From Blochmannia endosymbiont of Camponotus modoc (GTDB lineage: Bacteria > Pseudomonadota > Gammaproteobacteria > Enterobacterales > Enterobacteriaceae), in the NCBI RefSeq assembly GCF_023585785.1, contig NZ_CP097765.1, positions 240,001-272,000 on the forward strand: a DNA stretch of 32,000 bases. The letters run 5' to 3'. The first letter of the stretch is position 1. Each line of letters opens with the position of its first letter. The notes below the pieces were generated by a model. The model saw only the letters and a program-made list of their open reading frames with translations, was not told the origin of the DNA and ran no database searches. Positions 13,061-24,900 of this stretch are shown piece after piece. The translations under genes and the position numbers were made by a program.

Positions 13061-13939
13061 TTAATATAGACTTAATAATATTAGGTAAACGAAAATAGGC
13101 ACTGCAGCAAATAAGCTGTCTATGCGATCTAACATTCCTCCATGTCCAGGAATTAAACTCCCGCTATCTTTAATACCAGCTTCTCTCTTAAACATACTTT
13201 CAGTTAAATCTCCTATTATAGAGGCTATAATTGCGATGATAGAATAAATAAATATAAGAAATGGATTTATCACCTTGATTGGCATATATATACTGAATAA
13301 CCATGAAATTCCTGTTGAAATTAGTATACCTCCAATAAATCCTTCCCAAGTTTTTTTAGGAGATACGCTTTCTAATAATTTACGCCGCCCTAATGTTTTA
13401 CCGATGATATATGCACTTGAATCATTAATCCAAATTAATATTACAATATACAGTAAACACCATGCTCCGATGGTGCTATCGTTGATATGATGAAATTGGT
13501 GCAACGTTAATATCCCCAAAAAAAATGGTAATATTATTAATATTCCGAAAAAAAAACATAGTACATTAGATTTTTTCCATAAAATAGCAGAATCAGGATA
13601 AGATAATATTAATGAAAACGCTAGTACCCACCATACTATACTAATGCTCCCTAAAATATACCAAAAAATATGCCAATTATTGAAATATAAATAGCTTTTT
13701 ATCGTTACAATTATCATTGTAATACACAATAATCCAAATATAGCGCATATCCACATTCGGTGTACATAATCAGAAAAATGATGCATTTTTCCCCATTCCC
13801 ATGCACTAATTAAACAAATGATAGATACAACAATCGAGAATGGTATAATAGGCAATAAAAATACCATCAAAATAGTGATGGGAATCAGGATCAACATGCT
13901 AATTAAACGGGTTTTTAACACATTTTTCTCCTTGATCAC
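13061..13939 (-). CDS. cdsA: Phosphatidate cytidylyltransferase
   Basis: 292 aa, multiple hydrophobic segments, C-terminal CDP-alcohol family signature SMFKREAGIKDSGSLIPGHGGMLDRIDS. Confidence 0.96.
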   Translation of the reverse strand: MIKEKNVLKTRLISMLILIPITILMVFLLPIIPFSIVVSIICLISAWEWGKMHHFSDYVHRMWICAIFGLLCITMIIVTIKSYLYFNNWHIFWYILGSISIVWWVLAFSLILSYPDSAILWKKSNVLCFFFGILIILPFFLGILTLHQFHHINDSTIGAWCLLYIVILIWINDSSAYIIGKTLGRRKLLESVSPKKTWEGFIGGILISTGISWLFSIYMPIKVINPFLIFIYSIIAIIASIIGDLTESMFKREAGIKDSGSLIPGHGGMLDRIDSLFAAVPIFVYLILLSLY

Positions 13940-13953
13940 ATGTGTATTGCAAA

Positions 13954-14706
13954 TTAAATAGATGCACTGTTTCCAAATCGGCGTTCTCTTTTCATAAAAG
14001 TATTTAATGCTCTTTTAAATATGACGTCATTAAAATCAGGCCATAATACATCTGTAAAAAATAATTCAGCATATGCTATTTGCCAAAGCAAAAAATTACT
14101 AATACGATGTTCACCTCCTGTTCGAATCACCAAATCTACTGGAGCTAATTCATTCATACAGATACATTTACATAGAGCATCTTCGTCAATTTGATTAGGG
14201 GTTAATATTCCTTGCTGTACTTGCATGGCAAGTTGTTTTACTCCTTGGATAATATCCCATCGTCCTCCATAATTTGCAGCAATATTAAGTGTAAGTCCAC
14301 TATTGTTGGAAGTTAATTTTTCAGAGCGGTGTATATTTTTTTGTAATTCACCAGAAAATCGATTAATATCTCCGATGATTCTTAGTTTAATATTATGCTT
14401 ATGTAGAACGTCTATTTCATTATTTAAAGCATGAGAAAACAATTGCATTAAAGAATCAATCTCTTTATCAGGACGTTTCCAGTTTTCACTGCTAAACGCG
14501 TATAAAGTTAATGCATCGAATCTATGATTAACAGCGAAATGAACAGCACCCCGGACCGCATTAAATCCAGCTTGATGCCCAACAATACGTAATTTTCCTC
14601 GTGTTCTTGCCCAACGCCCATTACCATCCATGATAATAGCAACATGGCGTGGTAGTAAATTAGATGAAAAAGTGTTAAGCTCTTGATTATGTTGAGATGA
14701 TATCAC
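13954..14706 (-). CDS. uppS: (2E,6E)-farnesyl-diphosphate-specific ditrans,polycis-undecaprenyl diphosphate synthase
   Basis: 250 aa with HVAIIMDGNGRWA, LTLYAFSSENWKRP and IRTGGEHRISNFLLWQIAYAELFF. Confidence 0.97.
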   Translation of the reverse strand: MISSQHNQELNTFSSNLLPRHVAIIMDGNGRWARTRGKLRIVGHQAGFNAVRGAVHFAVNHRFDALTLYAFSSENWKRPDKEIDSLMQLFSHALNNEIDVLHKHNIKLRIIGDINRFSGELQKNIHRSEKLTSNNSGLTLNIAANYGGRWDIIQGVKQLAMQVQQGILTPNQIDEDALCKCICMNELAPVDLVIRTGGEHRISNFLLWQIAYAELFFTDVLWPDFNDVIFKRALNTFMKRERRFGNSASI

Positions 14707-14862
14707 ATTTATTTATTTTCCAAATTAAATACCTTTGTGTTAAGTAAAAATACTCATTTTATAATAATTAACACTATAATTACAAATTAATGAAATTACT
14801 TATCATTTTTATGATACATATGTAGTAATTGTGATAAATTTTATTAAAGACAATATTATTCA

Positions 14863-16056
14863 TTATATGACGCATATAGATATTGCTTTCTCACGAGCTT
14901 TTTGATCAATATATAAAATATCTTCTATATCATTAGGATCATTTAAATTTATTGCATCAAGTACACGACGAATGACATCAGGAATGTCAGTGAAAGAAAT
15001 CATTTTATGTAAAAATGCTTCTACGGCGATTTCATTTGCTGCGTTTAGGACAATAGTAGCCGATTGACTACAATTATCAGCATCTATTGCTAATTGGAAA
15101 CAAGGATAACTGCGATTATCTAATTGATCAAAATGTAATTTATTAAGATAATATATGTCTATATTGGATGAGATTTTTAGTCCTATTCTATTGGGATAAG
15201 CCATTGCGTATGTAATAGGAATTCTCATATCTGGAGGTGCTAGATGCGCCAATACATTTCCGTCGGAATAGTATACCATAGCATGGACAATAGACTGAGG
15301 ATGTAATAAAATTTCTATTTCACTCGGTTTAGCATTAAATAAATGACGTGCTTCAATATATTCTAATCCCTTATTCATCATAGTAGCAGAATCTACTGAT
15401 ATCTTACGCCCCATGGACCAATTAGGATGCACGCAAGCTTGCTCTGGTGTTATTTTGGTTAATTGTTCTTGTGGTGTTTTGAAAAAAATTCCTCCAGATG
15501 CAGTTAGCACAATACGAGATATACCGCATTCAGATAAAGATGTATTTCCTAAATTCTCCTGACATATCTCTGGTAGATTTTGAAAAATTGCGTTATGTTC
15601 ACTATCTATAGGCAGTATACAGGCACGGTATCGATTGGCTTCTTTCATAAACAATTTTCCGCAAGTAACTAAAGTTTCTTTATTTGCCAACAATATTTTT
15701 TTACCAGCACGCAACGCGGAAAAAGTGGGCTTTAATCCAGCAATTCCAACTATGGCAGACATCACCATATCCACATCATTAGTTGATGCTAATTCACAAG
15801 CATGTGTTACTCCAGATAATACTTCAATATTATATTTTCCAGCGATGATTAAATTTTTTTTCAATATTCGTGCTGCATCTTCAGATATCATACATGCATA
15901 TTTGGGGCACATCGTTATGCACTGTTCTGTCATGACAGCAACGTTATTCTTCGCGACTAATGCATGCACAAAGAACTTATCGGTATGTTGTTGTATTACA
16001 GATAGGGTAGCTTTTCCAATAGATCCAGTACTACCTAGAATTGTTAAAGATTGCAT
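14863..16056 (-). CDS. dxr: 1-deoxy-D-xylulose 5-phosphate reductoisomerase
   Basis: 397 aa. [20 protein letters not shown]-binding start, [27 protein letters not shown]. Confidence 0.97.
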   Translation of the reverse strand: MQSLTILGSTGSIGKATLSVIQQHTDKFFVHALVAKNNVAVMTEQCITMCPKYACMISEDAARILKKNLIIAGKYNIEVLSGVTHACELASTNDVDMVMSAIVGIAGLKPTFSALRAGKKILLANKETLVTCGKLFMKEANRYRACILPIDSEHNAIFQNLPEICQENLGNTSLSECGISRIVLTASGGIFFKTPQEQLTKITPEQACVHPNWSMGRKISVDSATMMNKGLEYIEARHLFNAKPSEIEILLHPQSIVHAMVYYSDGNVLAHLAPPDMRIPITYAMAYPNRIGLKISSNIDIYYLNKLHFDQLDNRSYPCFQLAIDADNCSQSATIVLNAANEIAVEAFLHKMISFTDIPDVIRRVLDAINLNDPNDIEDILYIDQKAREKAISICVI

Positions 16057-16151
16057 ATGTATAAATTAAATTATTTATTTAGTGTAGAGATAAAAATCTA
16101 TCATTTGTTGTTAGTACATATATAAATATATATCAAGGCACAATTTAATAT

Positions 16152-16718
16152 TTAAAATTTCATTAGTTCTGATTCTTTTTCTGTGAGAATAATATCAATT
16201 TCTTTAATCCAAATATTAGTTAACTTTTGAATTTCATTTTGAAAAAAATGCTCTTCGTCTTCATTAATTTCTTTGTTTTTAAGTAAAATTCTGGTTTTAT
16301 CATTAGCAATACGACGCACGTTTCTTACAGCTATTTTACTTTTTTCTGCTTCAGTCCGTACCATTTTTATTAAAGTATGACGACGTTCTTCAGTTAATGC
16401 AGGTAATGTTACTCGAATAATATTTCCATGAGAAATAGGAATTAATTCCAAATCAGACATAAAAATAGCTTTTTCAGTTGATTTGATCAACTGATGGTCA
16501 AATACTGTGATAGCTAAAGTGCGTGAATCTTCTACTATGGCATTTGCTACTTGAGATAACGGAGTGGATATTCCATAGTAGTCTACTCGGATGTTATTTA
16601 ATATATTTGGAGAAATACGTCCTATATGAATATTGTTGATAGTTATTTTAAAGTTTTTAATACATTTTTTCATATGTATTTCTGAATCTGTCTGAATATT
16701 ATTAATTTTATTAATCAC
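16152..16718 (-). CDS. frr: Ribosome recycling factor
   Basis: 188 aa. VEDSRTLAITVFD, LTEERRHTLIKMVRTEAEKSKIAVRNVRR. Synteny pyrH-frr-dxr. Confidence 0.95.
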   Translation of the reverse strand: MINKINNIQTDSEIHMKKCIKNFKITINNIHIGRISPNILNNIRVDYYGISTPLSQVANAIVEDSRTLAITVFDHQLIKSTEKAIFMSDLELIPISHGNIIRVTLPALTEERRHTLIKMVRTEAEKSKIAVRNVRRIANDKTRILLKNKEINEDEEHFFQNEIQKLTNIWIKEIDIILTEKESELMKF

Positions 16719-16803
16719 ATCATATACCTCTGATTTATATTTTTGAATTAAAAACCAATTTATATAAATTTAAGTATTTATTTGAATGTTGCAAATCTTT
16801 AAA

Positions 16804-17529
16804 TTATTTAGTTATTAAAGTCCCTTCTTTATATCCCATTATAATTCTTTTTAATGCCCCAAGTTTGTTTATATTAAATATGCGTATTGGTAAATTGTGT
16901 TCTCGTGCTAATGTAAATGCTGTCAAATCCATAACTTTTAATTCACGCTTTAGTACGTCCTGATAACTCAATTGTTCATATAGTATAGCATCAGGATGTT
17001 GAATTGGATCAGTAGAAAATACACCATCTACTTTAGTTGCTTTAAGTACTACATCTGCTTTAATTTCAATACCACGCAAACAGGCAGCAGAATCAGTAGT
17101 AAATAAAGGATTCCCGGTTCCAGCTGCAAAAATTACCACCCAATTATTAGACAGTAAGTTAATAGCTTTCATCCAATTATAATGATCGCATACCCCATTT
17201 AATGGAATAGCTGACATTAAATGGGAATGAACATAAGCATGATTTAATGCGCTTCTCATGGCTAACCCATTCATTATAGTAGCTAACATCCCTATATGGT
17301 CCCCTACTATACGATTCATACCGGATTTAACTAATTCAGCGCCACGGAACAAATTGCCACCTCCCATAACTATACCTATTTGAATACCTATTTTAACTAA
17401 TTCTTTAACTTCTGTAACCATTCGGTTTAATACAGTAGTATCGATTCCAAAACCTTCGGTGCCTTGTAGAGCTTCCCCGCTCATTTTAAGTACGATACGC
17501 CGGTAAATTGGTTTCGTGTGAGTTACCAT
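16804..17529 (-). CDS. pyrH: Uridylate kinase
   Basis: 241 aa. [50 protein letters not shown]. Confidence 0.97.
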   Translation of the reverse strand: MVTHTKPIYRRIVLKMSGEALQGTEGFGIDTTVLNRMVTEVKELVKIGIQIGIVMGGGNLFRGAELVKSGMNRIVGDHIGMLATIMNGLAMRSALNHAYVHSHLMSAIPLNGVCDHYNWMKAINLLSNNWVVIFAAGTGNPLFTTDSAACLRGIEIKADVVLKATKVDGVFSTDPIQHPDAILYEQLSYQDVLKRELKVMDLTAFTLAREHNLPIRIFNINKLGALKRIIMGYKEGTLITK

Positions 17530-17579
17530 TAATTATATTCCTCACAAAAAATGGCATAAACAGAAGCAAACACTAACTT

Positions 17580-17604
17580 ATTTAAAGTATAATATGCATG
17601 TCAA
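17580..17604 (-). promoter_or_regulatory. Candidate sigma-70-like promoter upstream of pyrH
   Basis: The minus strand has a perfect TTGACA (plus-strand TGTCAA at 17599-17604), followed by AT-rich TGCATATTATACTTTAAATAAG about 50-75 nt upstream of the pyrH start. The -10 assignment is ambiguous. Confidence 0.3.
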
Positions 17605-17735
17605 TAATTATTCCGATTTAACCAAATTTTAATTAGTAGTTTCTTATTGTTAAAAGGATTGAATATATTACTTTAAAAACCAATGATGATCTGTGTTAAT
17701 TAATTAAAATTTTAGCAATAATATAAAATATTAAT

Positions 17736-18554
17736 TTACATATCTTCACCTAATTCAAAACGAGCAAAATTATTAATTTTTACATGATACTCAATCAATA
17801 GTTCTTCCACTGTTTTGTTAGTATCCATTATGAAGTTTTGTTTTGTTAATACAATGTCATTGAGAAATTTATTCATACGTCCTTCGGTTATTTTTTCTGA
17901 AATTTTGTATGATTTTCCAGATCTCATAGCAATATCCATTTGAATATGATTTTCACGAATCATTACATTTGTAGGAACATCATCTACGTTAATATATTTA
18001 GGGCTTCTAGCTGCGATGTGCATGGAAATATGTTTCATTAAATCTGAAGTTACATTTCCGCTAGCAGCAACTATTACCCCTATTTTGAATCCATGTACAT
18101 AACACCCCAAAAAATCACCTGTCAACACAACAAACCTACTAATGTTTATATTTTCTCCAACTTTTGCAATTAAATTAGTCCGTTGTTCTTCAAATCTAGT
18201 TTGTAGTATATTAATATCATGAATTTTTTCATTTAACGCTGTAATAATAACAGTTTTAGCGAACTCTTGAAAAGTACTATCTTTAGCTACGAAATCAGTT
18301 TCACAATTTATTTCTATCATAATACCATATTGCTTACTGGATGTTATTTCTACTGCAATAAGACCTGATGATGTGGTGTGTCCAGATTTTTTGCAAGCAG
18401 TTTTTAAACCGGATTTTCTCATGTTATCTATAGCTAATTCAAGATCTCCATTGGCTTTAATTAAAGCTTGTTTACATTCTACAACACCAATGCTAGTACG
18501 TTTACGTAATTCTTTAATTAAACCGCTATTAATATTAATCATTTTTTCTTTCAT
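17736..18554 (-). CDS. tsf: Elongation factor Ts
   Basis: 272 aa. LIKELRKRTSIGVVECKQAL, LAIDNMRKSG, TDFVAKD. The true start may be Met5 (codon starting at 18542), which aligns better with E. coli MAEITASLVKELR. Confidence 0.96.
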   Translation of the reverse strand: MKEKMININSGLIKELRKRTSIGVVECKQALIKANGDLELAIDNMRKSGLKTACKKSGHTTSSGLIAVEITSSKQYGIMIEINCETDFVAKDSTFQEFAKTVIITALNEKIHDINILQTRFEEQRTNLIAKVGENINISRFVVLTGDFLGCYVHGFKIGVIVAASGNVTSDLMKHISMHIAARSPKYINVDDVPTNVMIRENHIQMDIAMRSGKSYKISEKITEGRMNKFLNDIVLTKQNFIMDTNKTVEELLIEYHVKINNFARFELGEDM

Positions 18555-18639
18555 AGTAATATCATCGTATTAGGAATATATATAGAAAATATTTTTATAC
18601 ATTTAATTGTTAACAAATGTATGTGTAACATTAATTATA

Positions 18640-19326
18640 TTAAGTATTGAACGCATTTATATGTATCATATTAGATATTATATTTAAATATAGGTTAATC
18701 GCGCGTACAGCATCGTCGTTCCCTGGAATAACGAAATCTATTCCATCTGGGTTAGAGTTGGTATCAACTATTGCAAAAACTGGAATTCCTAAGCTATTTG
18801 CTTCTTTTATAGCAATATGTTCATGTGTTGCACCAACAGCAAAAATTGCGTCTGGAAGCCCCCCCATATTTTTAATACCTCCTAAACTATTTTCTAGATT
18901 AATAAGTTCTCGGTTCAAGATCAATGCTTCTTTTTTAGTTAATTTCTTAAAAGTACCGTCCTGAGATTGAATTTCTAAATCTTTTAAACGTTTTATAGAT
19001 TGGCGTACTGTTTTCCAATTGGTTAGCATTCCACCTAACCAACGATGATTAACAAAAAATTGATTACAAGCCAGTGCTGTTTTTTTTACTGATTCACTAG
19101 CTGCGCGTTTGGTACCTACAAATAAAATTTTACCCTTGAGTGCAGCGATTTTATTCAGTTCAATTAAAGCTTGTCTAAACATTACACTAGTTGTTTCCAA
19201 GTCAATAATATGTATTTTATTGCGAACCCCGAAAATAAAAGGTTTCATTTTAGGATTCCAATAACGGGTTTGATGGCCAAAATGAACACCGGCTTGAAGC
19301 ATGTCGCGTATAGAAATGTTTTCCAT
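18640..19326 (-). CDS. rpsB: 30S ribosomal protein S2
   Basis: 228 aa. [30 protein letters not shown] and [30 protein letters not shown]. Adjacent to tsf. Confidence 0.98.
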   Translation of the reverse strand: MENISIRDMLQAGVHFGHQTRYWNPKMKPFIFGVRNKIHIIDLETTSVMFRQALIELNKIAALKGKILFVGTKRAASESVKKTALACNQFFVNHRWLGGMLTNWKTVRQSIKRLKDLEIQSQDGTFKKLTKKEALILNRELINLENSLGGIKNMGGLPDAIFAVGATHEHIAIKEANSLGIPVFAIVDTNSNPDGIDFVIPGNDDAVRAINLYLNIISNMIHINAFNT

Positions 19327-19649
19327 TATATACCTCTATTGGTTGTTGAGTAGATTATTTATAATGTTGGCAGCTATCAGCATTTAAATATAGATAGATT
19401 ATATAATACATGTTATAATAATTTTTAATAAGTTAAATACGAAGAATAGTGTTTACAATGGTCTAAAACAAGAAATAATTAACATTTATTTTCAAATAAA
19501 AAATGCTTATTTAATAGCAATGAATGCGAGTTATAAAATATACCTTGATGTAATTTATCTTAATTAATGCAATGATTTATATGTAGATCATATGATGTAA
19601 AGGCAAAAAATATTATGTATTTGTTAATAAGATTAATAATATATATATT

Positions 19650-20432
19650 ATGAAAATTATTATTAAAACACTTACAGATATAGCAAAAATGCGTATCTCT
19701 GGGAAATTAGCTGCAGAAGTGTTAGAAATGATTGAAGCTTACGTGCAACCTGGTATTAGTACTGGAGAATTAGATACTATTTGCCATAATTATATTACAC
19801 AAATACAACATGCTGTTTCTGCTCCTCTTGGTTATCACGGATTTCCTAAGTCTATTTGCACCTCAATTAATGAGGTAGTGTGTCATGGTATTCCAAATGA
19901 TTCGCATAAATTAAAAGAAGGTGATATTGTAAATATTGATATTACAGTAATTAAAGACGGGTTATATGCTGACACTTCTAGAATGTTTATTGTTGGTCAA
20001 CCGACAAAGTTGGGGTATCAATTGTGTAAGATCACTCAAGAAAGTCTTTATTTAGCAATTCGTATGATTAGACCAGGCATACGTTTAAAAAAAATAGGTC
20101 AATCTATCCAAAGATTTGTTGAAAATCAGAATTTTTCAATAGTAAGAGAATATTGTGGGCATGGAATTGGAAAATTTTTTCATGAAGCTCCCCATGTATT
20201 GCATTACGATGCTGATGATGAAGGTGTGATATTAAAATCAGGAATGACATTAACAATAGAACCTATGGTAAATGCAGGTACTCGCCATATTTATACTGAA
20301 AATGACGGATGGACAGTAAAAACAAAAGATCATAATTTGTCAGCACAGTATGAACACACTATTGTTGTTACGGAAAATGGGTGTGATGTATTAACGTTAC
20401 GTTCCGATGAGTCTTTATCATCAATTATTTAA
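19650..20432 (+). CDS. map: Methionine aminopeptidase type I
   Basis: 260 aa. IKTLTDIAKMRISGKLAAEVLEMI, GYHGFPKSICTSINEVVCHGIP, EYCGHGIGKFFHEAPHVLHY. Divergent from rpsB, as in enterics. Confidence 0.97.
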   Translation: MKIIIKTLTDIAKMRISGKLAAEVLEMIEAYVQPGISTGELDTICHNYITQIQHAVSAPLGYHGFPKSICTSINEVVCHGIPNDSHKLKEGDIVNIDITVIKDGLYADTSRMFIVGQPTKLGYQLCKITQESLYLAIRMIRPGIRLKKIGQSIQRFVENQNFSIVREYCGHGIGKFFHEAPHVLHYDADDEGVILKSGMTLTIEPMVNAGTRHIYTENDGWTVKTKDHNLSAQYEHTIVVTENGCDVLTLRSDESLSSII

Positions 20433-20887
20433 ATCATCATAATTAATAAAAAAAGCATATATTTTATTGTAAAAAGTATTTTTAGAGATATTTGCATTAT
20501 ATTAATAAATGACTTTGAATAAGTGCAAAAATCATAATTATGTGGTAATGTATATGTTATTTTTATGAAAATAAAAAACATTCTTTTTATTGAACAAGCA
20601 GTATTATTTAATGTATACGTTATTCAATGGAGTATAATTGTAGTGGTAATATGTTAAATGCTAGTCATTCTTTATTAGAGTAGATTTGTTAAATATGAAC
20701 AAATTTTATTTAAGGATACCAATATAATATCTTTAAACAGATGTCGCTGTATAACTCAAAAACATAGTAATATATTATAACGTGTCGATGTAAATTTCTA
20801 ACATTTACTTTAACAAAGATATTATTTTCATAGTCAATGAGAAATAATTGCTCTCAAATGAATTCGATATTATGGAATATGAAACAT

Positions 20888-21709
20888 ATGAATCAATTAC
20901 GAAAAATAATAGAAAGTGCCTTTGAAAAAAAAGAATACATTTCAAACAATAACATTAATTCTACCGTCAATAATGCTGTTCGAGAAATCATGGATAGACT
21001 AGATAATGGAACGTTACGTATATCAGAGAAAATCAATGGCACATGGATTACGCATCAATGGCTAAAAAAAGCAATTATGCTTGCATTTCATACTATGGAC
21101 AATCAATTAATAACTTGGGGGGATGGTGTTTTTTTTGATAAATTTCCTATGAAATTTTCCGGATGGGATCGCACACGTTTTGAAAATAAAAAATTGCGTA
21201 TAATTCCACCAGCTACTGTGCGCTACGGGGCTTATATTGCTGATAACACAGTAATCATGCCTTCCTACATCAATCTTGGTGCTTATATTGATGTAGGAAC
21301 AATGATTGATACTTGGGCTACAGTTGGATCTTGTGCTCAGATTGGAAAGTATGTGCATTTATCTGGAGGCGTAGGAATTGGAGGAGTTTTAGAGCCCATT
21401 CAAACTAATCCAACCATCATTGAAGATAATTGTTTCATTGGGTCTCGTTCTGAAATTGTAGAAGGGGTAATTGTTGAAAAAGGTGCAGTGATCTCTATGG
21501 GAGTATTTATAGGTCAAAGCACTAAAATATATGATCGTGCTAGTGGAAATATATACTATGGACGCGTTCCAGCTGGTTCAGTTGTAATTCCAGGCAGTCT
21601 GCCCTCCAAAGATGGTCGTGTTAATACTTATTGCGCTGTAATCGTAAAAACAGTCGATTCTAAAACTAAAAATAAAGTTAAGATAAATGAGTTATTACGC
21701 GACATATAA
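20888..21709 (+). CDS. dapD: 2,3,4,5-tetrahydropyridine-2,6-dicarboxylate N-succinyltransferase
   Basis: ORF track starts at 20837, but [15 protein letters not shown] at 20888 aligns with E. coli MQQLQNIIETAFERR, so 20888 is preferred. [25 protein letters not shown] is highly conserved. Confidence 0.95.
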   Translation: MNQLRKIIESAFEKKEYISNNNINSTVNNAVREIMDRLDNGTLRISEKINGTWITHQWLKKAIMLAFHTMDNQLITWGDGVFFDKFPMKFSGWDRTRFENKKLRIIPPATVRYGAYIADNTVIMPSYINLGAYIDVGTMIDTWATVGSCAQIGKYVHLSGGVGIGGVLEPIQTNPTIIEDNCFIGSRSEIVEGVIVEKGAVISMGVFIGQSTKIYDRASGNIYYGRVPAGSVVIPGSLPSKDGRVNTYCAVIVKTVDSKTKNKVKINELLRDI

Positions 21710-21934
21710 AATATATTTTTCTTACTTAAGGTACCTTATTCCATAGTATTTTGATTCTATTGTTTAAATGTTAGAATAAATGTTGTTTATATTTATTGGT
21801 GTAAAGTAATTCATTTTTATTTGCTTGATTTATCTATTTAAATTTGACTAATAATAGTTAATATTTATAAATAATATAGTTTTAATAAAATTAAAGATAA
21901 CTGTCATTATTTTAAATAAATATAAACAATAATC

Positions 21935-24900
21935 ATGCGTAATTTAAATGTTTTAGAATTACCTCTGTATGGCATCAATTTAATTGAAGCTTCAGCAGGT
22001 ACTGGTAAGACATATACTCTCATAATAATCTATATTAGATTATTGTTATGTTTAGGGAATAGATCAGATTTTTCCCGTCCTTTAACAGTACAAGAAATAC
22101 TTGTGGTAACTTTTACTAAATCTGCAGCACAAGAACTGCGTCATCGCATAAGAGAAAATATTCATCAATTTAGATTAGATTGTATGCGTGGATATAGTAA
22201 TAATTTTTTATTTTCTAAATTATTATTACAAATACATAATGTAGAATTAGCCATAAATCAATTATTTGAAGCAGAAAAAAAAATAAATCAAGCATCTATT
22301 TTTACCATCCATAGTTTTTGTCAAAATATCTTAAATCACAATACAATCGAATTAAACATGCTGTTTAATACGAATATTGTTGATAATGAAACAATATTGT
22401 ACCAACAAGCATGCGCTGATTTTTGGAGACGGAATTTTTATTCACTGCCATTAAATATAGCTAAATTAATTCAAGAATATTGGAAAGATCCAAATTCTCT
22501 TTTAAACGATATTGTTCCTTATATATACAGATCTAGGTCTAGCCTTGATTGTTACAATCATGACATACATGAAGATAAAAAAAGTATCATAACTTATTAT
22601 GAAAAAATACTGGATCATGTCAATCATGTTAAAAAGGAATGGCATAAAAATAAATATAATATAATTACTATCGTCAATTCTTATGACATTAATCGTAGAA
22701 TATACAATAAAAATAATTTAATACGTTGGATAGACAGAATTAATCAATGGGTCAAACGACCAACAATTGATCATACGATACCTAATGATCTACAACGTTT
22801 TAGAACAACCGAATTAAAGATACATAATAATAGCAATAGATCCGATTATATATGTACTTTATTTGATTCAATAGAAAAATTATATAGCCAATTATCATCA
22901 TTTAAAACATCAATATTTAAAATTGCAATAAATGAGATACATAATGATTTAAATAATACTCAACATTGTAGGTCAGAAATTACTTTAAACGATCTTGTTG
23001 ATGTATTAGCTCATCATTTAGTTACAGATAAAGACAATAAATTAGCACATATACTGCGTACACGTTATCCGGTAACGCTTATTGATGAGTTCCAAGATAC
23101 AGACTGTCAGCAATTCAAAATTTTTAGTGCATTATATAATTCTGACTCAGAAAATGGTCTTATTTTAATAGGAGATCCCAAACAATCAATTTATGCCTTT
23201 CGTGGGGCTGATATATTTTCGTATATGAAAATACGTCAAACAGTATGTAACAAATACAATCTTAATATTAATTGGCGTTCGTCGTTAAATATAGTTAATG
23301 CTATTAACCAATTATTCCAATTGGTTCCTAATCCGTTTATTTTTGAAGATATTCCTTTTATTCCTTCAGTAACTGCTAGTCGAAATAGTATGTATCGGTT
23401 TTTGATAAACAATCAATCGCAAACAGCTATGTGTTTTTGGTTACATCCTGATGAGATAGTTACAATAAATGACTATAAACGATCAATGGCACAGGAATGT
23501 GCCACTATTTTATACAATTTATTACATGAAATACGTAATGGAACAGCTTGGTTAGAAAATGATCAGTATAAAAGAAAATTAGAAATATCGGATATAACTG
23601 TATTAGTACGAAATCATGAAGAAGCATCACTTATTTGTTCTGCTTTATCAAAAGTAAATATATCAACAATATTTCTATCCAATCATAAAAATATTTTTGA
23701 AACAATGGAATCTTATGAATTATCATTATTATTACGAGCAATCTTATTTCCAGAGAGCCATACAATTTGCACTGCTTTAACAACTATTTTTTTTGGATTA
23801 AATGCCACTGATATTGAAAGTATTAATAATAATGAATCTAAACAAGAACAAATATTTGAGAAATTTTTTGAGTATTATTCCGTTTGGAAAAAAAAGGGTG
23901 TGTATTTGATGATACAGAAAGTAATTTTTGACCATAAAGTACCAGAAAAGTTATTGTCTACGCGAGTAGGTGAAAGTAGTTTAATAAATATTTTGCATTT
24001 AGGTGAATTATTGCAAGATGCTGCAAGACAGTTACAAGATGAGCACGCACTTATGGAATGGTTAATATTAAAAATAACACAACCAAAAAATAAAAAAATA
24101 TCTGATCAAAATTTACGATTAGGAAGTGATCATCAATTAATAAAAATTAGTACAATACATAAATCTAAGGGATTAGAATTTCCATTAATATTTTTACCAT
24201 TTGTAGCAGACTTTAATTATGTAAAAAATCCTTTTTTTCATGATAGAAAATCATATAAAACCCATTTAAATTTCAATGCATCAGAGTCAAATTTAATATT
24301 GGCAGATGAAGAGCGTTTATCAGAAGATTTAAGGTTATTATATGTAGCGGTAACTCGTAGTATTTATCATTGTTCTATAGGTATTGGTCCAATAGTACGA
24401 CGATACAAAAAAAAATCTAATACCAATGATTTACATCACAGCGCCTTAGGATATTTAATTCAAAAAAAAACTGCTGGAAACGCAGCAACATTAAGGAAAC
24501 ATTTAAAAAGGCTCAGTGTTTATTCGAATGGTGATATTTCCTTCCGTATTATTTCAAGATCGCAAGAACTATTTTCTCATGTATCGTCTGTTGCATCTAA
24601 TCAATTGCTATGCGGAAAAAATTGGAAGACATCACTAAATATTATTCCGTGGAGTATAACAAGTTTTAGCGCTCTACAACATACTGATGTTGATGTTACA
24701 ACATGTTTAAATTTAGAAAAACAATTAGATATCAGTGAACACATTCAGTGTCAAGAGAATGATATTCCATTGACACCACATACTTTTCCTAAAGGAAAAG
24801 TATGTGGTAACTTTTTTCATAGTATCTTTCAAGTTCTGGATTTTAGAAAACTTGTGGATATGAAATGGTTATACGCACATATGGCAAAATATAATATTGA

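Noticed and set aside
15635-16069. 144-aa plus-strand ORF opposite dxr
   Set aside because: Longest antisense ORF, but it mirrors the conserved dxr coding frame, has no start context or recognisable motif, and low-stop antisense frames are common here.
19327-19649. Possible autoregulatory leader or ncRNA upstream of rpsB
   Set aside because: Enteric rpsB has a structured leader, but I could not identify a convincing conserved structure here. A covariance-model search would be needed.
20837-20887. N-terminal extension of dapD ([17 protein letters not shown])
   Set aside because: The extension has no counterpart in DapD. The Met at 20888 matches the family start, so the upstream start is probably not used.
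21727-21738. Perfect 12-bp palindrome TAAGGTACCTTA downstream of dapD
   Set aside because: Palindromes of this length are expected several times by chance in 32 kb. No loop or U-run to support a terminator.
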